From: Desulfobacterales bacterium
GTDB lineage: Bacteria > Desulfobacterota > Desulfobacteria > Desulfobacterales > UBA2245
Reading direction: 5' to 3'
Assembly (NCBI GenBank): GCA_040771865.1
Contig: JAXGZF010000008.1
Span: 20,722 to 84,721 of the forward strand
Length of the DNA stretch: 64,000 nt
Positions 30,893 through 43,400 of the stretch are shown piece after piece. A program made the translations under genes and the position numbers. The notes under the pieces were generated by a model, which did not search any database, was not told the DNA's origin, and worked only from the letters and a program-made list of their open reading frames with translations. Within the stretch, counting starts at the first letter, position 1. Each line of letters opens with the position of its first letter.

Positions 30893-31371
30893 TTTTCCCC
30901 TCGACATTATTCAAACATGATAAATTGTCGTGTTTTGATCGAAAAGGTGGAACAATCCTCCCAACAGGCCGTTGAGAAACGAAAATCAGGTCGTGAGACA
31001 AGGCGAGCGACGATTCAACAGTCACAGCATATTCAGGCAGAAGTCAGAAGCAGTGAGAGCCGCTTCAAGCAACAGGGCGGCTTCAGGCGAAAGCATTCAA
31101 CAGCCTTTTATAATAAAACTGATTTATAATGAGGCGTCCCGAACAGGGATTCGGGCAATTCAAGGCCCGCATTTCAGGGCTGCGAAAAATGAGGCGATGT
31201 GCGAATCGGGAAGACCCCATTACGGATATCGATAAATCTCACCTGGATATGACCATGGGTGAGAATAGTTTCTACGTCGTATTGGATGCAACAAATCAAA
31301 GAACTTATATTTGGTAGAGGAGTTTCATGAACCTCAACCCCTCCCCGTCGTTCCGGAAACCCCGGACGCGA

Positions 31372-31421
31372 ATTTTTCTGAAAAGGGCAGGGGGACGCCG
31401 GCGTGCGCCAGGCCCCCTGCC
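31372..31421 (-). terminator. Probable Rho-independent terminator after the 6,768-codon gene
   Basis: A 9-bp GC-rich stem, GGCAGGGGG (31386-31394) paired with CCCCCTGCC (31413-31421), encloses an 18-nt loop. On the minus strand it is followed by CUUUUCAGAAAAAUU, which is a short U-tract. The hairpin core (CUGGCGCA...GCCGG) resembles the terminator at 2493-2538. Confidence 0.45.
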
Positions 31422-31451
31422 GTTGTCGCTGTAAAGAAGAACAGTTAAATT

Positions 31452-34400
31452 CTACGCTTCCTCTGTCTCTTCGTCCGTGATCACGATTTGAAATTTTTCC
31501 GTGGGCTCGAAGGGATTGCGTTCGCCCTGTGCCCGGGTGATCAGAAACTCCCTCAGCCAGAAATTCTTCTCCATGGCCGTGGCGGCAGGATCCGGGGGAT
31601 CGTCGTCGCCAAGGTAGGAGGTGTCCATCACCACCAGGCTGCCGCCGTCGAGCGTCAAGCGTTCGCCGGCATCCAGGGCGGCGCTCATGAGGTCGTCGCT
31701 GTCGGCGGACAGATCGCCGTAGCCCAGTGCATGGCCGATCTCGTGCATCACCGCAGTGAGCAGATCCATCCGGTCTTCAAGGTTGCCGTCATCGGTGTCG
31801 TCATCCGGCGTCTGATCCACATACCAGCCCCATCCGGCCGCATCGGCATCGATGTAGATCATATCCGGGGTGGTCTGGCCGAGGATTCCGCGTCCGCGCC
31901 CCTCGAAATCCATGATCTGGAAGTCGATGCCGCCCAGGTCGACCGGTGCGCCCAGAGCAGCTTCCCACCTCGTGATGGCTTCGTCCACGATGGGATTCAG
32001 CTGCTCATCCGTCAGAAGTTCAACCTTCGACTGCGGCCCGGTGGCTGTTTCCGCCGCCAGCAGCGGGGCAGGGTCATCGTTGAGAATCGTGACCTCGCCA
32101 AATCCATCGGCGATGGTTGCACCCTCTGCATTGGAAAGCAGTACGTTGAAGGTTTCATCAGGCTCCCAAACCTTGTCCCCGTTGATAGTCAGGGTGTATT
32201 GCTTTACAGTCTCTCCGGGTGCGAAGGTAATGGCCGCGTCCGCAACCGGTACATAATCGTACCCGCTGTTGGCTGTGCCGTCCTGGGTGGCCAGATGGAC
32301 GATAACGGAATCCGCTGAAGGCGCGGAAAGGGTTACTGTGATATTGACCTTGGTCTTGTTGGTCTTGGCGCCCTCGAGGACAATCACATCCGAAATCGAC
32401 AGAGTCGGGCTGGATGCTACACCATCATCGTCGACAATGGCGATGTTGCCGACGCCGTCGCCGATGATTGCGTTCTCAGAATTGAAAAGCTGGACGCTGA
32501 ACACTTCATCGGTTTCGATAGAATCATCGCCGATAATATTGAACACGAGCTGCTGGCTGGTTTCTCCGACGGCAAAGGTCAGCGTACCTGTTGCTGATGT
32601 GTAATCGTCGCCTGCAACCGCTGTTCCGTCCACAGTCGTATACGAAACGAGCACATCTTTATCGGATGGGGCAGACAGCGTGACCGTTACCGAAACCGTG
32701 CCATCGCCTTCATTAACCGAGGCATCCGACACGGAGAGCGTGGGCAGAGCCGGTGTGCTGTAGGCCGGATCATCCGTTCTGACGGTGAACTCATCGAAGT
32801 CAACCGCGCCGTCTTGCGCCAGGAGGCCGAACTCGCCGTCAGTGATCAGGGCGTTAAAGGCATAACTCAGAGCCGGCATTTCATTGAGAGTCACACTGAC
32901 CGAGCGCTCCGCAATCGTGATGCCAAGGGTATAGTTCGTCCCGGCGCTCAGGGTTGCACTCCATTCCGCATCGAACGCCACGCCGGCCCTGGACGTGCTG
33001 TGTCCGACCAGCACCTTGCCGGTTTCCACCGACACGGCGACGTATTTGAAATCTTCGGGACCGTAGTAGTCGAACACGAATCCGCCCTGGTACGACGTCT
33101 TCAAGATCGCTTCCAGCGACAGCACCGATGCGGGCGCCACCTGCATATTCACGAGGTCAACGGCAGTGCCACCAGGATCGGCCGTGAGGGTATGCAGGCC
33201 GCCGTCTATTGTAAGAACATCCTGGAAGAGGCTGTCAACGTCGGCCTGGTCGGAAAAATCCACGGTCTGCGTGTAGGTCATTGCCGGAGGAATGCGCTGC
33301 ACCACCACGTTGTCGATCTGAGCCTTGGCGTTGTTGGCCCCGAGACCCACCATGCCGTCATTGAGGAAGGTGCCGTAAGTCGATTCAAACGTGTACGTCA
33401 GCGAGATCCTGTTGTTTACGACCAGGATTGCCGTATTGCCGTTGAGGGACAGGAACACATTGTAGTCCGTGTCGGCCCTGAGGGCGCCGGTGTAAGGCGC
33501 CTGGACCACCACATGCCAACCCAAAGCATCGCGATAGCCAATCTCGAGTTTGCTGGTCGATACGTTGATGCCGGCAAATTTGAAGTCCTCGGAGCTCTGG
33601 TAGTCGAAAACCAGATAGGCGTTGGCGTTGTAACCCGCGATGGGCTTCACCGCTTGGATCGTGGCCATCATCTCGAAGTAGTTCGGGATGAACTCGTTGA
33701 CGAAGAAAACACTCAACGCGTCGCCGCCAAGGGCCGTGGGCGCCACCTGGTAACGGCCGCTGACCACGGACCAGACGCCGCTGTCCACAAAGAAGTCATC
33801 CGAGGTGCCGTCGTTGAATCCTGCCGAACGGAGTACGTCACGGGCGCCGCCGGGGATGTTGCCCGCCTGCGGGTCGGCCGGAGCGCCGGTCTGATCCTGC
33901 CAGGCGAAGTCCTTCTGCAGGACGAGGCCCATCTCGGCTTCGGGTTCGCCGTTGCGGGCTTCATCTCCCATCCTGGTGAAGTCGGCGCCGTCGCCCGCAG
34001 AAAGTGCATACAGGAACTCCGGCAGGAAGGGCTGAAGGGTCCGGCTGACCGAAGCTTGGCCGAACGGCGCATACGGCACCAGGTAGGAGTTGTATTCGCC
34101 CACCCAGTCGATCAACCGGTCGCCGCCGGTGTTGCCGATGAGAATGTCGCGACCCGCTCCGCCATAGGCGCGATCCTGGTAGAACGGATGGGTGTCGGGC
34201 AGGTCATTGGCGCCAACCGTGACGCCGTCCTCTCCCAGAGTCGTGTGGTCGTCATCGGCGTTGAGCAGGTCATTGCCCCAGCCGCCATACAGGTCGTCCG
34301 CGCCCGTACCGCCCACCAGCCAGTCGTTGCCCAGGTCGCCGAAGATGGCATCCCTGCCGTCATCCCAGACCTGAGGATAAGTTTCCGTCTGCTGGCCGGT

Positions 34401-37400
34401 TGCCTTGGGCACCTCGCCGGCCGGTCGGACCACGCCCTCGGTTTCGTCAAAGTTGAGCAGGAACTCGTACGCCGTTCCCTGATCGCTGGACTTCCAGAGG
34501 TTGCCATCGGAATCCAGCATGATCTTAAGCCGCGGGTCGTACTCATCATAAAGGAAGAACTCTCCGGCCCGGTAACGGTTGTTGAGATGCTGACCATCGG
34601 TGTCCATCGGGTTGAAGGCCAGAGCGTCGCCCGGATTCATCGACAGGAGATTGGCCGGAACGCCGGCCATGTCGTAACCGAGATCGAGTATGTCTGTCGG
34701 CGTTAGCACGTCGTCCACAAGGGTGAAGTTAACCGGCACGTAGGCATGTTCCAATGCCTCTGCGCCGGAGATGGCGTCGTCGCCGGAACCGCCGTGCAGC
34801 CAGTCGCTGCCCAGACCGCCGAAGATGATGTCATCGGCGTATGGTTGATTGTCCTGGTTGTCCGGGAACTCATCGTCGATGGCAATCCAATCTGGATCAT
34901 AGCTGAACGGCACCAGATCGATGCTCTTCTTCAGCTGTCCTTCGACATTGATCACCGCGTACTGGATCGAGCCCGGTGTGTAAATGATTTCGTTGAGCAC
35001 ATCGCCGTCCGCGTATTTCGGACGGGAATCCTTGGCCGCCAGACCGGCGACGCCGTACAGCGGCTCGCCGGTGGTGCTGTTGCGGCTGGTGAGGACCAGA
35101 CCGTCGTCGCCGAGGACGCCGTCCTGACCCGTACCGCCGGAGATCCAGTCATTGCCGTAGCCGCCGACGATGTCGTCATCCTGGCCCTCGCCGAAGATCA
35201 CGTCGCTGCCGGTCATGCCGAAGATAATGTCGTCGCCCGATTCGCCGTGGATCAGGTCGGCCGCGCCGTTGTCGGCAGGTTGACCCGTCAGTTCAGCTGC
35301 ACCATTAATATACGCACCTCCATAGTAATCCGCGCCGCCCAGCGTATAGTCGAGTTGCTCCATGGCGCGCGGGATAATGTGATCGTAGGTGTTCGGGTCG
35401 GTGTCTGGTGCATATGTGTCGTAGTTGAACGTCAGGAACTCATCCGTCGCCGCGTTGACCAACCGGTAAACATTAGCGTTGTCGCCCATGATGAAGTCGG
35501 CGTCGCGGACATGGCCGCCGGGCAATGCCAGAACCGTGTTCTCCGGGATATCCGGATCACTGCCATCAGCAAGAGTAGCATCACCGATATCATTGCGGTC
35601 AGTGTCTATACCGGCGCCACCGAAGATGAAATCGGAGTCATCCGGCCGCATGGCTTCGGTGACCAGCCCGAACAGTTCGGAACTGCCGCCGATCATGTCA
35701 TCCTGGCCGAGTCCGCCGTACATCAGGTCGGAGCCGCCGTTGCCTTCCAGGTAGTCGTCACCGTCGCTCGCGGCTTCGGGGATGTTGAAGTAAAGGGTTT
35801 CGTCGGTATCGGGCGGGTTGACCAGCGGATCCGTTGAGTCGTCGATGTCGATGCGGTAGGTGATGGTCCCGGCGTCGCCGTCATCAGCGCCAATATACCC
35901 ATCCCCCTGCATCAGGTCGTTGGCCAACTGGCCGAACATCGTGTCGCTGTCGGCGCCGCCGGCCATCACATCGGAACCGTAAAGCCCGCTCATTGTGGTG
36001 TCGCTGTGATCGACCAGTTCGATGTCGCGGCCGATCGCGTCAGCGGGATCACTCTGCCAATCGCCGCCAATATTTGCGATGATGGTGCTGTTGGTGGTCG
36101 AATAGATGGCGTCTCCGGTCAGCTCACGGAAGCGCGGGCTGAAATCGTCGCCTCGCCGCCAGATGATGGCGTTGTCGCCTGCCATGGAATCGTCGCCCGT
36201 GCCGCCGTCCATGAGGTCGTTGACGTCGTCAATGGCGGGAACCGCAATGCCCGCTCCGTCGAGGCTCGCCAGGATGGTCGTTACAGTCAACTCGTCGATG
36301 CCGCTGGAAACGTTGTGGCCGCCGGTCATGTCGTCGTCGCCGGAGCCGCCGAACATCCGGTCATCACCCTGCTGGCCGAGCATGGTGTCGTCGCCTTCCT
36401 CGCCCCACATCCGGTCGCCCTCGCCGCCGTCAACATCGCCGATGTCGATGGCGAAGAAGTTGCGTGAATTGAAAGCCTCTCTCCAATCTTGGCCCTCTTC
36501 CCGTAATGTGCTGAACTGCGGGTAGATACGGCCATGATCACCTAGGAGTAAATCATTATTGCTGCTGTCAGCAATTTCATCCAGGGTGCCATCATCGCCA
36601 TAGATCGTATCAGCATCCGTCCCACCAAATACCAAATCGCGGCCATTATCGCCATAAATCGTATCCCTGCCGCCGCTCGTGGGCTGCTCGGTAGTCACCA
36701 GGTCGAGCGTGCTGAGGTCGGTGTCGGACATCGGAATTGGGTTCTCCGGATCTGTTAAATCATAGAACCAATCATAGAGATCAGGATTGTTGGCTTCGAT
36801 ATCAATGCCGGTCACCTCATCAAGCCGCCCTTCGGACAGCCACTCAAAGGCGCCGTTGTCGCCGAGGATGATGTCATCGCCTTCGTTGGCTTCGGTCGTC
36901 GCATCCGGGGCTTCCCGATCTCCGTAGATGATGTCGCCAAAAACACCGCCGGCGATGATGTCGCCCTTGGCATTACCGGAGATGGTGTCAGCGCCGCCGG
37001 TATGGATCGGGTCGACGGTGTCGGTGGTGCGGATCAGAAAAACAGCCGCATCCAGCACCAGTTTCAGATCAAAGCCCGCTACCGGCATCGCAGGCGCTGC
37101 CAACAGAAAGATGTCGGCATTGTCGCCGAGCAGCAGATCTGCCAGGTCATCGGCGCCCGAGAGTTGCGCCAATGTCTCGGCGTCTCCGTAAATAAAGTCG
37201 CCGCCGGTCCCGCCGATCGCCACATCCATCCCCTTGTTGCCTGAGATGATGTCCGTGCCGCCGAAGCCGTCCTCGAAGGAGTGGATCAGGTCGAGGGTCA
37301 TGCGGTCGGTGTCAGTCTCGAACGTGAAGTCGAGCAGGCCGTTGTCGCCGAGCATGATGTCGTCAACGTCGTTGGCGATGGTGGTTGCATCGGGAAATTC

Positions 37401-40400
37401 CCGGTCGCCGTACAAGGTGTCGACCTCCGGGTCACCGAGACTATCGTCGTTGTTCACCCCGCCGAGCATGACGTCGTTTCCGGCATTGCCCGACATGGTG
37501 TCGGCGCCGCCGGTCGACTCTTCGGTATCAGTGGTGGTAATAAGATCAACCGCCGTGCTCAACACAATGAGGCGACCCGTCGTACCGATCAATTCGATGC
37601 TGCCGTTGTCGCCGAAGAGTATGTCGTCGCTGTCGCTGGCTCCGGAATTTGCGGCCGCGTTATCGCCATAGACAATGTCGCTGCCGACGCCGCCGAAGGC
37701 CGTATCGCAGCCCGCGTTGCCGGAGATCACATCATTACCGCCCAGGATGACGGTGTCGTCTTCAGTAAAGGTTTGGAAACTCCAATCCAGGATGGAAGCC
37801 TCGCTGATTTTGTAAGCCCTTGTCGCCACGATATCGAGGGTGGTCAGGTCTGTATCCGTCCCGAACGCAAAGTGGAGCAGGCCGTTGTCGCCGATCAGAA
37901 CGTCATCGGAGTCGTACAACGTCTTTGGGGTAGCCGCATCGCCATACAGGGTATCGGTCTCGCCATTGCTCACCCCGCCGATGACGACATCCACGTCCGC
38001 ATTGCCCGAGATGGTGTCGCCGCCGCCCGTGGCGTTTGTCTCATCGGTCGTGTGGATGAAGACCACCGAGCTCCCCATGACCGTCAGCCGTCCCGGAACA
38101 TGACCGCCGAGACGAATGGCGCCGCTGTCCCCAATAAGGATATCACCGTAATCCTTGTCATTTGCCGACGCGGCGGCATCATCGCCGTAAATCGTGTCCG
38201 CGCCGGTCCCGCCCATGACGGTGTCGTTGCCGGCGTTGCCGGAGATCGTGTCCGCCCCGCCCAGACCGTTGATATCCGACTTGACCAGATCGAGAGTCGT
38301 GAGGTCGGGCCCGGTCTGCTTCGTACCGAAGCCGAGTTCATTTCCGATCCGCGCGGTGACGATGAATTTTTCTACGGTAGCGTCAGTTGCCGTCATGCTG
38401 ATTCGGTTGCCATCCGCCTCAGCCAGGATGAGAGTATCGAGGCTTGCATCTGTCAGACCTTCGTTGACCGCCACCGCAAGTGCCTCGGTATCCGCATACG
38501 TACCTGCCGTCACGGTTACATAGACCGGATCATCCTCGTTGATCCGGATCTTGATAATAACGGCTTCCGGAAGCGTCAGCGCTGCATCCGCCTCAGCCGT
38601 CAGGGCGATCGGCTCGTCGGCAAAGTCAAGGAGGCCGTTGTCGCCGAGGATCGCATCGTGTCCTACGTTTCCGAACAGCGTGTCTCTCTCGGGATCTCCT
38701 GACCCGTCATCGTTGTTCACACCACCCAGGATGACGTCATCGCCTTCCAGGCCGTCGATGGTGTCGGCGCCGCCTGTCGTCTCCACCGTATCGCTCGTGT
38801 AGATCCTTTCCACCTGATTGGCGGATACATAGAACTCCACAACCCCGTTGTCGCCGAGCAGGATGTCGTTGTCGTTGTACACCGCATCCCCGTTGGCATC
38901 AAAGATCGGAGCACCTTCGTTATCTAAGGACTGCGGAACAGCCCCGAGTGCCGGTCTGTGTCCGCCGTAGACTGTATCGTTGCCCGTACCACCGAATCCG
39001 ATATCCTCACCATTGTCGCCCACCAGGGTGTCGGCGTAAAAGGCTCCAGGGATTGGATCCTCGGGCAGCGAGAGGATGCGGCTGTACCGCCGGCCGTAAA
39101 ACTCGATCCGGCCGCTGTCGCCCAGCATCACATCCTCGCCGGGAGGATCGCTGTCAGCTGGGAGTGCGGTCGTGAGAAGAAGATAATTGCCGCCACCGAG
39201 ATCGATTGCCGCAGCCCCCCCAGTACTCGTGACAATAACGGGCCGGCCGTTCTTCATCGGATCCGCGTCATAAACGTAAATGTTGGTGTCGATCGTACCT
39301 GTTCTATCCGTATAGGTCTTGAAGAGCGGCACGTCACCGCCGACCCAGTCGTTCCCGGCGCCGCCCAGGACAATGTCGTTGCCGGCGCCGCCCGCAACCA
39401 CGTCATTGCCGTCGGTGGCCGCAACGGCCGTCAGATAGATATCGGGGCTCAGCGGATCGTCATCAGGTGTAAAGCCCGCATCCAGAACATCAAGCAGACT
39501 CTGGGTCGGCGCATCACCGATCAGCCTGTGGCCGTCCGCGGTGATCCGGATCAGGGAACCGGTATAATCCCACTCGGGCAGGGAGTCGTCGTAGTTGACA
39601 TAGGCCACCAGTCCGTCGTCGCCAAAGACCACGTCGCTCCCCTCGGACCCGTCAATAATGTCGGAACCGGCCCCGCCGAAGATGAGGTCGGAACCGAGGG
39701 AACCATAGATAAGGTCGTTTCCCTCGTCGCCGAAGAGGATATCGTCGGCCTGATCGCCGTAGATGACGTCGTTGCCGGCATTCCCGCGGACGTAGTCCTG
39801 ATGATCGCCGCCGTAAATGAGGTCGCCGCCGTCAGCAGTCGCGGCAGTCAGATCGGAATCATCGGATTTTCCCGGGGCCGCCTGAGGATCACGGAACCCG
39901 AAGATGGTGTCGCGTCCCTTCTCCCCATAAATATCATCGCTGCCGCCGCCGCCGTAAAGGATGTCTGCCCCTTCGCCGCCGAGCACTTGGTCGTCGTCCG
40001 CGCCGCCATCGAGGATATCATCCCCCGGCCCGCCGAAGAGCGCGTCCATCCCGGCCCCGCCGAAGATCACGTCGTTGCCGCCGGTACCCATGTAGAGTGT
40101 AATCGCGTCGATATTGACCGACGGGCTGTTGTGCGGCACGTCGCCATTTACAAAGGTAAAATAGCCTCCGTCGCCGATTGCAAGGTCGTTCCCGGCGCCT
40201 GTCTTGATGATATCGGCAAAGCCGCCGCCGAAGACCACATCATTCCCGTCTCCGGTGGATATGGTGTCAATTCCGTCTTCATCCGTCCGTGCCCAGCCAA
40301 TGGCTTTGTCACGAAGGCCGGTGTCCCGGTTGATCCTCAGGATTCCGTTGTCACCGAACACCGTGCTGCTGCTGGCGCCGGTTACGGTGATGGTGTCGGC

Positions 40401-43400
40401 CCCTTCCTCGCCGTAGAGGACGTTGGCGCCGCCGGTCGTATCGATCGTGACCGTGTCGTTCCCGATGCCGCCGTAGAAGAGCACGTTGGCCTGTCCATTA
40501 TGGACGTTGAGGGTGTCGTCGCCCGGCCCGCCGTAGAATTCGATGTCCACGGGACTGGTGCACCCGCCCAGATCGACATCGACGACGTCGTTCCCCTCGC
40601 CGCCATAGACGATCAGCCGGTCGCCGTCATAGGGCTGCGCTCCGCCGGAGCTCACATTGAACTGGCCGGAGTAAACGCTCCATGAGCCGCCGCCTTCATA
40701 AATGACGCTCATGCTCTCGCTTGTGTCGGAGGTATCGCCGTTGAGGCGGGATTCGCTGTTCGGCCCCATGTTGAGGAGGAGGGCGTCGGCCCGCTCAGTC
40801 CCCAGTATAGGCGCCCGCTCGAAGGGAATCTTGAACTCGAACAGAACGATCTTCGGCGTAATCTCGAATTCAAGCTCCAGCATCAGGATGTTGAGGAAGG
40901 CCCGGAGCTGGAAGTAAATGTCGCCGGAGATATCGAAAATCGCCATGGGAGCCTTGGCCGGATTCCCACATTCGAGTTCGTACATGAAAGTGCTGACCAG
41001 TTCGTCGATCCGTACCCGCCCATCGTGGTCAGGATCGTAGAGGTCGAAATTCACCCTGAGACCTATGGCGGCTTCGACGCCCGCCGAAGCGATTCCGAGG
41101 TTAAGCTCGGCACCAACGGCGATTTCTCCCAGGAGGGTTAATTCCGGAACGTCTGTACCGCCGGTTCCCTCGGGAAGATCGGTGTCGCTCACGAAGAACC
41201 CCGCCAAAAGGTCAAGGGGGTTCTCGCAGTCACCCTCGATAAACCGGGCGATGCCTTCCGTGTCGTATCCGAAGGCAAAGTCGATTGTCACGCCGAAAGT
41301 TACCCCCACGTTAGCATACAGCGGCGGATAGATCGGGAAACTCATATCCCAGGTAAACTCCATGCCGAAGGGCGGCAGGTCGTAAGTGATCAGGGCCGCC
41401 GGGCGACCGAGGAGGAGCCCGAAAATCTGCGAGGGATTCTCCAGGATCGGGAAGGCAAATCCGTAACCGTCATCGCCCCCGGCACCGCCGGTACTGATAA
41501 GGTCCTGCATGGTGGATTTGCTTGCAGCATCGCCTTCAGTGTTGCTGTCCAACAGTCCGCTGAATCCCTCGAGGGTGTCAACGAAGCCTGCCGGCAGAGC
41601 GCTCTTGAGGTCGAAGCTGCCGTCGTCGGTCAGGTCGAAATTGGGATCCGTAAGGCTCGATCCGGTGAGATCGGAGGTCGAGCCTTCACCGATGAGGACG
41701 AAGTCTCCCAGATTGATGCCCAGGAATCCCGGCTCGGCCGGGATACTGTTGACGAAGGTGATGAGATCGGCGATGGCATAGATCATGCCAGCATCGATGT
41801 ATCCCATCATCTCCGCGATATCAATGAGGGTGATATCGCGGCCCGCAAGATCGCTCAGGACCGGAATGGGCGCCGTGAGGACGTCGATGATCGGCTGGAC
41901 TGGCTCCGTGATCTCCTGAATCTTATCCACCACGGGACCCAGCAGGTCGCCGATGAACGAACCCATGTCGATCGTCACGTCATAGAATGCAAGAAGATCG
42001 AGCCCATCCCCAAAGATATTGAACTCCGCGCCGCCGAGCAGGTTTTCTATAGGATCAGGGTTCCAGTCGAGTACGAATTGTGTTGTTATGGAGGGCAGAA
42101 GCGCCGAAATGGTGTCCGGAAGAATTGCCTCGTTGAACTTGACCTCCAGGTCGAGGTTCAGCTCGGCGCCCGCGGACATGCCGATGCCGATGTCGAGTTT
42201 GGAAGTAAGCTCGGAGAACTTGATCAGACCGTCCGAGCCCGTTTCAGTCAGGTCCACGGTGAAGCCGGCCTCGAAACGGTTCGGGTCGGGACCAATGTTA
42301 TTTGGGTCATCATCAAGGTTGTTATCAAAGTTGGTGTCTACAGCTTTAACTTCAAGCTGGAGGAAGCCGAGGGTGCCGGTCATTGTCGAACCGGTAGCAA
42401 TCTCGACGCCTAAATCCACAGTGAGGTCATCTTCTGCGCTCACATCAAAGAAGACGCCGTTCTCCAAGCTTATCCCGATTCCGGTCACAAACGACCAGTC
42501 AATATTGACGAGCAGGTCTGCGTCCAGATCAAAATTAAGCGCTGGCCAACCCATATCGAAGTCGACGTTGAAATCGGGCTGGAAGGAGTCGCCCAGGCGG
42601 AACTTCCATTCTACAGAATTCGTCCCGTCACCGATGAGCTTCATGGCCGCAGCGATCTGAGTTTCGGAATAATCCCCCGTCCCCACATCATCGAGAGGAT
42701 CGATATCGCCTCCAACCAAATCGTAATTCACAAGGAGGCCCAGTCCGGGGATGTTGTCCGGAATGCTTGCCACATTGTCGCCGCCCGGTCCGAGGATCGC
42801 GAACAAGAAGTCGCGGATCATCTCCTTGACGAGATCTGGTGTTTCCTGAATGAACTCCTCGAAGGGGGTGATGATTCCCCTTCGGACGGTTTCGATGAAG
42901 TCGGCCCCGGCTGCGAGCTGGTCGCCGATGAAGGGGAGCTGGAAGCCGAAGACTTCACCATCCAGGATCCCCTGCACGGTCGCGAGGAAGTCGTCCAGCC
43001 CGTCGATCATGCTGAAGAGATTCTCGAAGATATTAAAGTTCTCGAAGTCGAGTTCCATGATCTCGTCGGCGATGGCGAGGGGGTCGATGCCGGAGAGGTC
43101 AAGATTGAAGCCGGCATCAAGGTCAAGACCGGTGGCGTCAAGCCCGATTTCACCGATGAATTCGGAGGCATCGAAGTTGTATACCGGCAGAATCACCTCA
43201 AAGGCCGGCACATCGAAAATTTTTTCAAAACCGTTAAAGACGTCCGTCATGTTTGACAGGTCATCGATGTACTCGTTCGCAGGGAACGGTCCCATCATGT
43301 TTCCCAGACCGATGTCGAGGTCGATGTCGATGACGCCGTCTCTGACCGTCAGCCCGCGGGTGTCGATGTTGATCCCGAAGTTGAGCGGGTCGCTTCCGCT

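Noticed and set aside
30834-31317. Small ORFs in the spacer between the giant genes (30834..31025 minus strand, 30917..31129, 30972..31235 and 31129..31317 plus strand)
   Set aside because: They have no SD sequences and biased or odd composition, and they overlap each other or the start of the giant gene. The region more likely serves as the promoter and long 5' UTR of the 9,430-codon gene.
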